This document shows, in pieces, positions 9,254 to 18,719 of a stretch of 35,349 bases of DNA. Every line of letters starts with the position of its first letter. Within the stretch, counting starts at the first letter, position 1. A model generated the notes under the pieces. That model was not told the origin of the DNA. It saw only the letters and a program-made list of their open reading frames with translations, and searched no databases. The position numbers and the translations under genes were made by a program. Source of the DNA: Bacteroidota bacterium (GTDB lineage: Bacteria; Bacteroidota; Bacteroidia; Bacteroidales; JADFUO01); the NCBI GenBank assembly GCA_030610255.1, contig JAUWSB010000001.1:1-35349 (forward strand), read 5' to 3'.

Positions 9254-9345
9254 GTAAAAAACAAAACGAAACGTTTTTTATGTAAAATGTTTCCCTGTTA
9301 TTAATAAAGGACGATTTTTTTTTGAATTATTCCATTATTCCGGCT

Positions 9346-10911
9346 TTATTTCAGGAATATCATTTTTCTTTTCAGATTTTGATGATTACTTGTTAATGAA
9401 AAATAGTAAACACCTGAGGTAAGATCATATTGTGATGGATTAAAAGATTCAGTATATTTTCCGCGATTTAAAAATCTATTATTAATTAAAGTGGCAATTT
9501 CTCTTCCGAACATATCAAACACTTTTAAACTGATTTGTGAGGGTTGTTTTATTTTAAATGAAATAAAAGTACTTTCTTTAAACGGATTAGGATAGTTTTG
9601 TTCAATACTGAACATACTGTATTGTTCTTCTTCAATTCCAACAATAAATGGGTCAACCAATGCTGTCCAGATGCTTAAATTTCCATCATTAAGTCTTGCC
9701 CATATTGGTCGTATTATATTATCATGAGCGGTAATATTTGTATAATCACCAAAAAATATATTATTCCATGGCAGAAATGGTGATTCGCTTATTTTAAAAT
9801 TAATGAATGTTTCACCGCCGTCTTTTGAAAGAGCCATATAAACATCTGTATTGTTATCATCGTAATTTCGCCTGTCGTAAAACACGAAATAGAGGTATCC
9901 GTTTGTGTGATCAATAGCCATCCATGTAAAGAATTGCTGCTTACCGGGGGGGTCATTATTAACTCTGACCGGAGCACTCCATGTTTCACCTGCGTCAGTA
10001 GATTTTGACAGCCAGATATCAGTATCATCTTCACTGTTTCTCTGGTCTGCCCAGTTAATATAAATTGTCCCATTGTAAGGACCATTGCTCAGGTCACAAA
10101 GTGTTACGGGCATCCCATTACACCTTGATATGCCCGGAATATCCATAGCCCAGCCACCTGGCATATCATTTACAAAAATATCATTATCAAGCCATGTTTC
10201 GCCCTGATCAAGTGATTTATCAAATACGATTCCTTCGGGCCCTGCCCATGAAACATAGATTTCACCATTTGGTCCGACAGCAGGAACAGCACCTTCAACA
10301 GTGTTATCATCATCAATACAATCACCGGAAACTTCGTTTATTCTTAAGGCATCGCTCCATGTTTCAGCGCCATCAGTAGATTTTGAAAAATGAATATTGC
10401 TTTTATATAGCGTGTCGGAGCTTCCATATTGGTCGAATTGTGTCCATGTAACATAAATGTTGTTATTTGTCCGGTCAACAATTGCCCATTCTTTATCCTG
10501 TGCTTTGGTTCCGTTTAAGCCCATGTATGTTCCGTCAGTCCATGTTCCTCCGCATGAGGTTGTTTTCTGGCAGACAATCCTGTCAATCCAATTTCCAAAT
10601 GATGGATTTGATAAATGGAAAAAATAAAAACTTCCGGATGTATCAACAATAACGCAGGGGTCTCCCCAAACACCGTAAGTAGAACTTAGCGTACCTTTTG
10701 ACCAGCTCTGCCCGCCGTTAACAGAGTAATAATAATTATCTATATTTGAACCTGCCACCAACTCATCAGTATTTTTTGGATTAACAATAATTGTAGGTTC
10801 TTCAGGTGGCATAAAACTGCCGATATCATCAATTAAAATGTTTGTGTGCTGGGCATTTATTGTAAAAATCCCATACATTGATATTAGCACAAATAAAATA
10901 AATTTCTTCAT
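9346..10911 (-). CDS. secreted BNR/Asp-box repeat, sialidase-fold protein with T9SS C-terminal sorting domain
   Basis: 521 aa with a signal peptide. Five Asp-box-like motifs (SxDxGxTW-type) are present: SVNGGQSWS, STDGAETWS, SLDQGETWL, STDAGETWS, SKDGGETF. The C-terminus EQNYPNPFKESTFISFKI...SGVYYFSL...KMIFLK matches the Por_Secre_tail pattern. Confidence 0.85.
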   Translation of the reverse strand: MKKFILFVLISMYGIFTINAQHTNILIDDIGSFMPPEEPTIIVNPKNTDELVAGSNIDNYYYSVNGGQSWSKGTLSSTYGVWGDPCVIVDTSGSFYFFHLSNPSFGNWIDRIVCQKTTSCGGTWTDGTYMGLNGTKAQDKEWAIVDRTNNNIYVTWTQFDQYGSSDTLYKSNIHFSKSTDGAETWSDALRINEVSGDCIDDDNTVEGAVPAVGPNGEIYVSWAGPEGIVFDKSLDQGETWLDNDIFVNDMPGGWAMDIPGISRCNGMPVTLCDLSNGPYNGTIYINWADQRNSEDDTDIWLSKSTDAGETWSAPVRVNNDPPGKQQFFTWMAIDHTNGYLYFVFYDRRNYDDNNTDVYMALSKDGGETFINFKISESPFLPWNNIFFGDYTNITAHDNIIRPIWARLNDGNLSIWTALVDPFIVGIEEEQYSMFSIEQNYPNPFKESTFISFKIKQPSQISLKVFDMFGREIATLINNRFLNRGKYTESFNPSQYDLTSGVYYFSLTSNHQNLKRKMIFLK

Positions 10912-11218
10912 GGTATTAATATTTTTGTTGTTAATATTTTTTATTCTTTAGCCATTATTTTCTTTAAGTTTTATAAATTTATCTTTGTATTTGAAGTTTA
11001 TCTCTTTGTTTACGAAAACATATCCGCTCCTAATTAAATGAGCATTTATAAAACTTTTATTTTTTCCTGCAAAATTAGTCATTATTTTTTTGTGTTAGAA
11101 ATCTTAGTAAAATTAAAAGCGAAATGTTTATGAAATTTTTCTAAATTTACGGGCTTGAAATGATATGAAGTATCAATAAAGTTATAATCTGGTAAAATTT
11201 TTTACCTTTGTTTTGAAT

Positions 11219-12859
11219 ATGAATGAAAATAATTTATCAGAATCCGGTAAACACCGGTTAATAAAATTTTCGTCAGGAAAAGGAAAAAAGAAACGCCCTG
11301 GTATTCTTCTTTGCATCATTATAGCCATTATTCTGGGGACTCTGATAGGAGGCTGGTTTCCTGATTTTGCTTTAAACTTTTCTATATTTGGGGAGGTATT
11401 CCTCAATTCACTGATGATGCTGGTTGTTCCTGTTGTAATGTTGTCACTTATTATCGGTATCACCCGTTTGGGGAATATTCGTAATCTTGGATCAGTAGGT
11501 GGCCGAACTATTGCATATTATCTTATAACCAGTGGCATAGCAGTAATTATTGGTATTATTCTTGTTAATATTATCAAGCCCGGAAAAGGAATACAACCGG
11601 GAGAAGCTCATCCTGATTTCCATTATACAGTGGGGGGAAAAAACAACCGCACTGTATTTCTTTTAAGTGAAAAATGGGAAAAAACCCGGTACACTGACAA
11701 ATATGATATTGTGCTCATAGATCAGGCAATACAAGGTACTATTGAGTCATTTTCTGACACTTCAGTAACAGTAAAACTCTGGGAGAGCGCTCATGCTGAA
11801 GAACAATTTTATATCATTACTGAAGATGGGACCCAATTGCAATTCAGCCGTATTGAACGGCAACTGGTTTCTGCAGAACCAGAACTTAAACCATCAGGAA
11901 CCGGTTTAGAAATTAAATTTTCTATTACAAGCAAATTGAAAGGAGAAGAAACGGGAAACGTCGGAAAAACGCTAAAACAAATTTTAACAGGTGATGAAGA
12001 AACTGGGAAACAGGGATTAATTCCAAGTAATATTTTTTCGGCAATGGCTAATATGGATATTCTTCCGCTGATAGTTTTTGCGCTTTTACTTGGAGCAGCA
12101 CTTTCGGTACTGGGAAAAAAAGCAAATTCTGCAATCAATTTTATATCAACATTGAATGATGCTGTAATGAAACTTGTGCACTGGATAATGATTGTCTCCC
12201 CGATTGGTATTTTCGGTTTAATCACCGCACGAATCGGCCTGGCTGGAGGTTTTAAAGATTTTCTCCCGGAATTAATATCACTCGGCAAATATAGTATGAC
12301 TGTGATGATTGGACTGTTTATTCACGGATTTATAATTTTACCTCTAATTCTCAAAGTTCTTGGCAAAAAAAGACCTGGACCTTATGCTAAAGGTGTTGGT
12401 GCAGCCCTTTTAAATGCCTTTTCTACAGCATCAAGTACAGCCACTCTGCCATTAACTATTGAAGGTGTTGTGGAAGAAAATAAAATCTCCAACAAAACTG
12501 CAAGCTTTATACTTCCCCTTGGAGCTACTATAAACATGGATGGAACGGCTCTTTATGAAGCTGTTGCTGCAATTTTTATTGCTCAGGTTTATGGAATCCA
12601 TCTTGAACCTGCCATGATGGGAGTTGTTTTCCTAACAGCAACACTTGCTGCTATTGGTGCCGCAGGAATACCTGAGGCAGGTCTGGTAACCATGGTTATT
12701 GTTTTGAAAGCCGTTGGTTTACCTATTGAAGGTATTGGACTTCTGTTATCAATAGACTGGATGCTTGACAGATTCAGAACAACAGTCAATGTTTGGGGCG
12801 ATAGTGTTGGGGCTGCTGTAGTTGATAGTATGGAAGAAAAAAAAAAGAGTAATATCTAA
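11219..12859 (+). CDS. dicarboxylate/amino acid:cation symporter (DAACS/SLC1 family, GltP-like) with a large TM3-TM4 loop insertion
   Basis: The track start 11213 is TTG and the first ATG is 11219. Family motifs include AFSTASSTATLPLT (HP1 region), PLGATINMDGTALYEAVAAIF (TM7/NMDG) and DRFRTTVNVWGDSVGA (TM8). At 546-548 aa it is about 100+ aa longer than usual. A TACCTTTG -7-like box at 11203-11210 lies immediately upstream, so a near-leaderless mRNA is possible. Confidence 0.9.
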   Translation: MNENNLSESGKHRLIKFSSGKGKKKRPGILLCIIIAIILGTLIGGWFPDFALNFSIFGEVFLNSLMMLVVPVVMLSLIIGITRLGNIRNLGSVGGRTIAYYLITSGIAVIIGIILVNIIKPGKGIQPGEAHPDFHYTVGGKNNRTVFLLSEKWEKTRYTDKYDIVLIDQAIQGTIESFSDTSVTVKLWESAHAEEQFYIITEDGTQLQFSRIERQLVSAEPELKPSGTGLEIKFSITSKLKGEETGNVGKTLKQILTGDEETGKQGLIPSNIFSAMANMDILPLIVFALLLGAALSVLGKKANSAINFISTLNDAVMKLVHWIMIVSPIGIFGLITARIGLAGGFKDFLPELISLGKYSMTVMIGLFIHGFIILPLILKVLGKKRPGPYAKGVGAALLNAFSTASSTATLPLTIEGVVEENKISNKTASFILPLGATINMDGTALYEAVAAIFIAQVYGIHLEPAMMGVVFLTATLAAIGAAGIPEAGLVTMVIVLKAVGLPIEGIGLLLSIDWMLDRFRTTVNVWGDSVGAAVVDSMEEKKKSNI

Positions 12860-12880
12860 GACTTAGCATTAAAATAATAA

Positions 12881-13636
12881 TTATTGTTTTATCTGACTGC
12901 CGATTTTAGCTCCGATAAAATGCCTGTTCATCCGGGCAATGTTGGTAATTTTGATTCCTTTTGGGCATTCTGCCTCGCATGCATAAGTGTTTGTGCAATT
13001 CCCGAAACCCAGTTCATCCATTTTAGCTACCATTGCTTCAACTCGTTCCATAGCTTCAACTTTTCCTTGTGGCAGGAGAGCAAGCTGGGAAATTTTTGCC
13101 GAGACAAACAGCATTGCAGAAGCATTCTTGCAAGCAGCAACACATGCACCACAACCGATACATGAGGCAGAATCAAAAGCTTCATCTGCATGTTCTTTCT
13201 TAGCAAGAATGGAATTTGCCTCTGGAGCAGAACCTGTGTCAACAGAAATAAAACCTCCGGCAGCAATGATCTTGTCAAATGCATTACGGTCAACTATCAG
13301 GTCTTTAATAACAGGAAATGATTTTGCCCGCCAGGGTTCAACAACTATTGTCTGTCCATCTTTGAACGAACGTATATGTAATTCACATGTTGTTGTTTTC
13401 TCACCTGGCCCGTGGGGATGACCGTTAATATATAAGCTGCAGCATCCGCATATTCCTTCCCTGCAATCGTGATCAAAAGCAACAGGGTCACCACCTTCTT
13501 CTATCAGCTTTGTGTTTAAAGCATCCAACATTTCAAGAAATGACATTTCAGGAGAAACATCATCCAATGAGTAATTTACAAATTTACCCTTTGACTTTGC
13601 ATTTTTCTGCCGCCAGATTTTAAGTTTTATATTCAT
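12881..13636 (-). CDS. sdhB: succinate dehydrogenase/fumarate reductase iron-sulfur subunit
   Basis: Cys clusters are [15 protein letters not shown] (2Fe-2S), [13 protein letters not shown] (4Fe-4S) and [15 protein letters not shown] (3Fe-4S). The track start 13684 is a TTG extension. ATG at 13636 gives [10 protein letters not shown], a canonical N-terminus. Confidence 0.92.
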   Translation of the reverse strand: MNIKLKIWRQKNAKSKGKFVNYSLDDVSPEMSFLEMLDALNTKLIEEGGDPVAFDHDCREGICGCCSLYINGHPHGPGEKTTTCELHIRSFKDGQTIVVEPWRAKSFPVIKDLIVDRNAFDKIIAAGGFISVDTGSAPEANSILAKKEHADEAFDSASCIGCGACVAACKNASAMLFVSAKISQLALLPQGKVEAMERVEAMVAKMDELGFGNCTNTYACEAECPKGIKITNIARMNRHFIGAKIGSQIKQ

Positions 13637-13684
13637 TGGTTTATTTGTTTTGTCAATAATCAATAATAAATAGTCAATAGTCAA

Positions 13685-15604
13685 TTATTTATAGTCTCTA
13701 ATCTTCACTTCAACATATTTATAGTTTAATTCTTCTTTATGCAATTCAGGTGGTTCATCTTTTCCTTTATATTCCCAAACCGAAATATAAGAATAATTAT
13801 CATCATCACGTTTGGCTTCACCGGTTTCTGTCTGGCTTTCTTCACGGAAATGAGCGCCGCACGATTCTCTGCGGCTCAAACCATCGGTAATCATCAATTT
13901 TGCCAATTCGAAGAAGTCAGCCACCCTACCGGCTTTTTCTAATTCCTGGTTCAATTCATCTGCTGTACCCGGGACTTTTACATCTTTCCAGAATTCCTTT
14001 TCTAATTCATCTATCAAAAACAAACCTTTCTTCAAACCTTCTTCATTTCTTGTCATTCCGCTATAATCCCAAAGAATTTTCCCTAATCGTTTATGGAATG
14101 AAGTAACAGTTTGCTTGCCGTTTACCGAGAACAGTTTTTCAATTTTTAACTTAACAGCCTTTTCAGCTTCATCAAATTCAGGAGTATCAGTTGGTATCTT
14201 TGGCGTCTTGATCTCATCAGCCATATAATTACCTATTGTATTAGGAATAATAAAGTTACCATCGCCGGCGCATTGCATTAATGAGCTTGCACCCAAGCGG
14301 TTTGCCCCGTGATCAGAAAAATTGGACTCGCCAATAGCGAATAAACCCGGAATAGTTGTCATCAGTTCGTAATCGACCCATAAGCCACCCATAGTATAAT
14401 GTCCGGCAGGATAGATGCGCATTGGTTCTTCATAGGGATTGATGCCGGTGATTTTTTCATACATTTCAAAAAGGTTCCCGTATTTATTTTCAATTGCTTT
14501 TTTACCTTGTTTGTTAATAGCATCTTTAAAGTCAAGGTAGACTGACAGACCGGTATCACCAACTCCATATCCGGCATCACACCTTTCTTTGGCTGCTCTT
14601 GAACCTACATCTCTCGGTACAAGATTTCCGAATGCGGGATATTTTCTTTCCAGATAATAATCTCTTTCTTCTTCAGGAATATCATTAGCAGGCCTTTTGT
14701 CTCCCTTTTTCTTTGGAACCCAAACCCTGCCGTCATTTCTCAATGATTCGGACATCAGGGTTAATTTTGACTGATAATCGTTCAATACAGGGATACTTGA
14801 AGGGTGTATCTGGACAAAGCTCGGGTTACCCCAAAACGCACCTTTTTTGTAAGCTGTCCAGGCAGCCGATGCATTAGAATTAACAGCCAGAGTAGAAAGG
14901 TAGTAAATAGTTCCGTAGCCGCCTGTTGCCAAAACTACTGCATGTCCCGAATGTCTTTCTATTTCGCCGGTTACTAAATTCCTTGTTATAATTCCCCTGG
15001 CTTTTCCATCAATGATGACTAATTCGAGCATTTCGCAGCGGCTATACATTTTCACGGTACCATTCTTTACCTGCCGGCTTAATCCTGAATAAGCACCCAA
15101 TAAGCATTGTTGCCCTGTTTGTCCTTTAGCATAAAATGTTCTTGAAACCTGCACCCCGCCAAAAGAACGGTTATCCAATGTACCGCCATATTCTCTGGCA
15201 AAAGGAACACCCTGAGCTGTTAACTGATCAATGGTAGCATTACTGACTTCTGCTGCACGATAAACATTTGCTTCTCTTGCCCTGTAATCGCCGCCTTTTA
15301 TCATATCGTAAAAAAGACGGTAAACGCTATCGCCATCGTTTTTGTAATTCTTTGCTGCATTAATGCCCCCCTGTGCTGCAACCGAATGTGCTCTTCTCGG
15401 AGTATCCTGAAAACAAAAAACTTTCACATTATATCCTAACTCTCCTAATGAAGAAGCTGCTGCTGCGCCGGCAAGTCCCGTCCCGACAAGAATAATATCC
15501 AGCTTCTTTTTATTAGCCGGATTCACTAATTTCATCGAGGATTTGTATTTCGACCATTTTTCGGGTAAGGGTCCTTCAGGTATTTTTGCGTTGAGTTTTG
15601 TCAT
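13685..15604 (-). CDS. sdhA: succinate dehydrogenase/fumarate reductase flavoprotein subunit
   Basis: 639 aa. It has an N-terminal dinucleotide fold ([22 protein letters not shown]), a covalent-FAD histidine context ([14 protein letters not shown]) and a typical C-terminal capping domain. Confidence 0.95.
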   Translation of the reverse strand: MTKLNAKIPEGPLPEKWSKYKSSMKLVNPANKKKLDIILVGTGLAGAAAASSLGELGYNVKVFCFQDTPRRAHSVAAQGGINAAKNYKNDGDSVYRLFYDMIKGGDYRAREANVYRAAEVSNATIDQLTAQGVPFAREYGGTLDNRSFGGVQVSRTFYAKGQTGQQCLLGAYSGLSRQVKNGTVKMYSRCEMLELVIIDGKARGIITRNLVTGEIERHSGHAVVLATGGYGTIYYLSTLAVNSNASAAWTAYKKGAFWGNPSFVQIHPSSIPVLNDYQSKLTLMSESLRNDGRVWVPKKKGDKRPANDIPEEERDYYLERKYPAFGNLVPRDVGSRAAKERCDAGYGVGDTGLSVYLDFKDAINKQGKKAIENKYGNLFEMYEKITGINPYEEPMRIYPAGHYTMGGLWVDYELMTTIPGLFAIGESNFSDHGANRLGASSLMQCAGDGNFIIPNTIGNYMADEIKTPKIPTDTPEFDEAEKAVKLKIEKLFSVNGKQTVTSFHKRLGKILWDYSGMTRNEEGLKKGLFLIDELEKEFWKDVKVPGTADELNQELEKAGRVADFFELAKLMITDGLSRRESCGAHFREESQTETGEAKRDDDNYSYISVWEYKGKDEPPELHKEELNYKYVEVKIRDYK

Positions 15605-15650
15605 TTTAATATTTTATTTTAGATGTGATATAGATTTTTTTTGATTTTGA

Positions 15651-16343
15651 TTAAACAAATAATATAAAATATACCGGGATAATAATAAATCCAAGAGGTA
15701 CAATTATTGAATAAATTGTTCCAATGGTATTTATTACCGGTGTGTATTTTGAATGATTTAACCCGAGAGTTTGGAATGCAGCCTCAAAAGCATGTTTTAA
15801 GTGAATTCCCAAAACAATAAATGCGATGATATAAATAATTGAGAAAATCATATCATTTGTAAAAAGCCAAACAATAAGTTCATAAAAATGTTCTTCTTGG
15901 GGGAGAGGAATCTTTGCTGCTGAGGGTGCACTTACAAGCCCCAGCTTAATAAAATAAAAATTATAAAAATGCAATAGTAAAAACATAAAGATCAGCAATC
16001 CTGTGTAAATAACATATTTTGACATAAATGTAGTTGTTGTCTTATTACGTGATTTATACCGGATGCTGCCTCTTGCAATCCAGTTTTGGATCTGTAACAC
16101 TATTCCATAGTAAATATGAATGAGGAAGGCAGCCATTAAAAATATCTCAAAAATTTTTACTATCAAGTTTGTGCTCATAAAATGTGCTGCTGCAGTGAAC
16201 ATTTCTGCATGGTCTTCACAAATGGGCAAAATAAAAAGATTGATACCAAGATGAACAAGCAAAAAAACAATTAAAAATAAGCCTAATAAAGCCATTATAA
16301 TTTTCTTGGTAATAGATGAAAGAGATAATCCCGATTTATTCAT
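15651..16343 (-). CDS. sdhC: succinate dehydrogenase/fumarate reductase cytochrome b membrane subunit (single-subunit anchor, Bacteroidota type)
   Basis: It is a polytopic hydrophobic protein with about 5 TM segments carrying conserved His residues, placed directly upstream of sdhA and sdhB. The track start 16361 is TTG. ATG at 16343 gives MNKSGLSLSSITKK. Confidence 0.85.
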   Translation of the reverse strand: MNKSGLSLSSITKKIIMALLGLFLIVFLLVHLGINLFILPICEDHAEMFTAAAHFMSTNLIVKIFEIFLMAAFLIHIYYGIVLQIQNWIARGSIRYKSRNKTTTTFMSKYVIYTGLLIFMFLLLHFYNFYFIKLGLVSAPSAAKIPLPQEEHFYELIVWLFTNDMIFSIIYIIAFIVLGIHLKHAFEAAFQTLGLNHSKYTPVINTIGTIYSIIVPLGFIIIPVYFILFV

Positions 16344-16423
16344 AATGTATAAATTTTTCAAAAAATTATAAAATATTCAATTATTGATTGAATTAAATAT
16401 CTTTACATTTTTAAAATAATCGG

Positions 16424-16431
16424 CAAATTTA
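16424..16431 (-). promoter_or_regulatory. candidate -7 promoter box (TAAATTTG) for the sdh/frd CAB operon
   Basis: The minus strand reads TAAATTTG, matching TAnnTTTG, about 80 nt upstream of the sdhC ATG. No matching -33 TTTG was seen. Confidence 0.3.
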
Positions 16432-16488
16432 AATTTAAATTCTTTTATAATATTTTATTTATATAAATATTTTTATAATTTTTAATCA

Positions 16489-18630
16489 TTATAAATAATC
16501 ATTAAAATATGTTACGATCTTTTTATTTAAATGCAATCTGTCGTTGCGTCCTACACCGTGTCCATGTCCCGGATAAACAAAATAATCAACCTGAATTCCA
16601 TCTTCAATACATTTTTTAATAAAAGTCAGACTGTTTTGCCACACAACTGTCGGGTCATTAGTTCCGTGAATAATTAATAATTTGCTATCAAGTTTATCAG
16701 CATAATTTAAAAGACTTGCCTTTTCATAACCATCGGGATTGTCTTCAGGAGTATCCATATAACGTTCTCCGTACATTACTTCATAATATTTCCAGTCAGT
16801 AACAGGTCCGCCTGCAACACCAACTTTGAAAATACCGGGGTTTTTTAACAACATTGAAATTGTCATAAAACCGCCATAACTCCATCCGTCAACGCCAAAA
16901 CGATTGGTGTCAATAAAATCCTGGGATTTCAGAAATTCAACACCTTTCATCTGGTCAGCAATCTCAATATCTCCAAGGTTTCTGAAAATTGCGCTTTCAA
17001 AATCAAATCCCCTGTTTGCCGAGCCCCTGTTATCAAGTGTAAAAATTACATATCCTTGCTCTGCCAAATAATTCAGGTAAAGACCTGCACCACCTAACCA
17101 CGAATCGGTTATCAATTGAGCATGAGGTCCTCCGTAAACATAAATAATTACCGGATATTTCTTTGTGGGATCAAAACCAACGGGTTTGATTAAGCGGCAA
17201 TATAAATCGGTACTGTCATTTCCTTTAATTGTAAAAATTGATATTTCACCTAACTTATAATCTTTCAGAGGGTCTTTATTTTCAAGCAAAATTTGTAATA
17301 CCTTAGCTTTGGAATCAAGAATTTTATATTCACGGGTTACAGTAGTGCTGCTATATATATCTATAAGATATTTACCGTTTTTGTTTAAAATTGCCCTGTG
17401 TGTTCCTTTATCAGGCGAAAGCCGTGTAATTTTTAAATCTTTTAAATAAACAGAATAAATATTTCTTTCAATAGGACTTTCCTTAGTTCCGATGAAAAAT
17501 GCCTTTTTATCTTTTGGGTCTGTTCCAAGGAAATTAGTTACCACCCATTCACCTTTTGTTAATTGTTTTATCAATTCTCCATCAGTATTATAAAGGTATA
17601 AATGATTAAAGCCATCCCTTTCGCTAAACCAAATAAATTGCTCAGGTTTTGAATTGAGGAAGTACATTCCGTGCTCGGGCTCAACATATTTTTCGTTTTT
17701 CTCTTCAAAAAGAGTTTTTATAAAATCGCCTGTTTCAACATCATATTGATTCAATTTCAAATGATTCTGGTCGCGGTTTAAAACTGCAATGTAAATATAT
17801 TTCTCTTCCGGACCCCATGAAATATTTGTAAGATATTGTTCAGCGGGTTCGCCGGTTTTCAGGAATATGGTTTTATGTGTCTGGCAATCAAAAATACCAA
17901 CTGTAACCTGATGGCTTGTCATTCCTGCCATAGGATATTTGATATTTTTAAGTTCGGCAATCCTTGAATCAATATTTACAAGCGGGTAATCAGTAACCAT
18001 AGTTTCATCTTTGCGATAAAAAGCCAGATAATTGCCTTCAGGCGACCAGAAAGTACCTTTGTGAATCCCAAATTCATTTCTGTGAACAGATTTACCGTTT
18101 ACAATTCCTTTATTTTCGTCATTGGTTATTTGTATTTGATTTCCTTCCTGAGCTACAAATAAGTTGTTTTCAATTGTATAGGCAATTTGAAAAGTATTTT
18201 TTTCAATATCTTTTTTTTCAGCTTCTTTATCAAATTTATTGATGTCTCTAATTTCCTTTTCTACAAGGTCGTAAAGAAACAATTGATTTTTATGAGTAAA
18301 CATAAACACATTATCTCCAAGCCATGTTATTGATGGGAATCTTTTAACAGAATCTTTTTCAATTTCAGTCAGCCCAGTATTAATATCATCTATCCTTAAA
18401 ATTGTATCTCTTTTCTCGGAAACAGCTTTTCCTGAAACAATACAATTGTTTTTGATATATGCAAATTTATCGCTTTTACCCATCCACTTTAATTGATTTA
18501 AAGAAGGGGGGAATATTTCACGATTCATCCATGTAGCATCTTTAAGGGTGAGATGTTTTTCTTGCGCAACTGTCAGTAAATTGAAAAATAAAAAAACAGA
18601 AATAATTGTTAATCTTAAAAAAGTTTTCAT
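16489..18630 (-). CDS. dipeptidyl peptidase IV-like serine peptidase (S9B family)
   Basis: 713 aa with a signal peptide. It has a long N-terminal DPPIV-type beta-propeller region and a C-terminal alpha/beta hydrolase domain with the nucleophile elbow GWSYGG, an Asp context (HGTNDPTV) and a His context (PGHGHG). Confidence 0.9.
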   Translation of the reverse strand: MKTFLRLTIISVFLFFNLLTVAQEKHLTLKDATWMNREIFPPSLNQLKWMGKSDKFAYIKNNCIVSGKAVSEKRDTILRIDDINTGLTEIEKDSVKRFPSITWLGDNVFMFTHKNQLFLYDLVEKEIRDINKFDKEAEKKDIEKNTFQIAYTIENNLFVAQEGNQIQITNDENKGIVNGKSVHRNEFGIHKGTFWSPEGNYLAFYRKDETMVTDYPLVNIDSRIAELKNIKYPMAGMTSHQVTVGIFDCQTHKTIFLKTGEPAEQYLTNISWGPEEKYIYIAVLNRDQNHLKLNQYDVETGDFIKTLFEEKNEKYVEPEHGMYFLNSKPEQFIWFSERDGFNHLYLYNTDGELIKQLTKGEWVVTNFLGTDPKDKKAFFIGTKESPIERNIYSVYLKDLKITRLSPDKGTHRAILNKNGKYLIDIYSSTTVTREYKILDSKAKVLQILLENKDPLKDYKLGEISIFTIKGNDSTDLYCRLIKPVGFDPTKKYPVIIYVYGGPHAQLITDSWLGGAGLYLNYLAEQGYVIFTLDNRGSANRGFDFESAIFRNLGDIEIADQMKGVEFLKSQDFIDTNRFGVDGWSYGGFMTISMLLKNPGIFKVGVAGGPVTDWKYYEVMYGERYMDTPEDNPDGYEKASLLNYADKLDSKLLIIHGTNDPTVVWQNSLTFIKKCIEDGIQVDYFVYPGHGHGVGRNDRLHLNKKIVTYFNDYL

Positions 18631-18719
18631 AACTGATTTTGTTTAAAATGAAACTATAAGGAAAATTTTATGCAATTTTAAAAATAATTTTTGTAACTGC
18701 ACAAGGGAAAGTTGATTAA

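Noticed and set aside
11603-12007. Symporter loop insertion as an intein or inserted mobile gene
   Set aside because: It is in frame and continuous. It lacks the Cys/Ser start, the His-Asn end and endonuclease motifs. It looks like a genuine protein domain insertion rather than a selfish element.
11809-12288. 159-aa minus-strand ORF inside the symporter gene, and similar shadow ORFs (12589-12789, 12987-13421, 13027-13293, 2733-3002, 4623-4961, 18775-19038, 23391-23672, 31776-32033, 34033-34347)
   Set aside because: All lie antisense or out of frame within long ORFs that have strong family motifs. Their products are low-complexity with no recognisable domains. They are typical shadow ORFs.
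13637-13684. N-terminal extension of sdhB in the ORF track ([16 protein letters not shown]..)
   Set aside because: The extension starts at TTG directly abutting the sdhA stop. The ATG at 13636 gives the canonical [10 protein letters not shown] start. The same logic trims sdhC from 16361 (TTG) to 16343 (ATG) and the symporter from 11213 (TTG) to 11219 (ATG).
18690-18698. Solo copies of the MITE terminal 9-mer TTTGTAACT at 18690-18698 and 27742-27750, both intergenic
   Set aside because: They could be relic ends of the repeat family. However, a 9-mer of this AT-rich composition is expected about once by chance in 35 kb on two strands, and the flanks show no further similarity.
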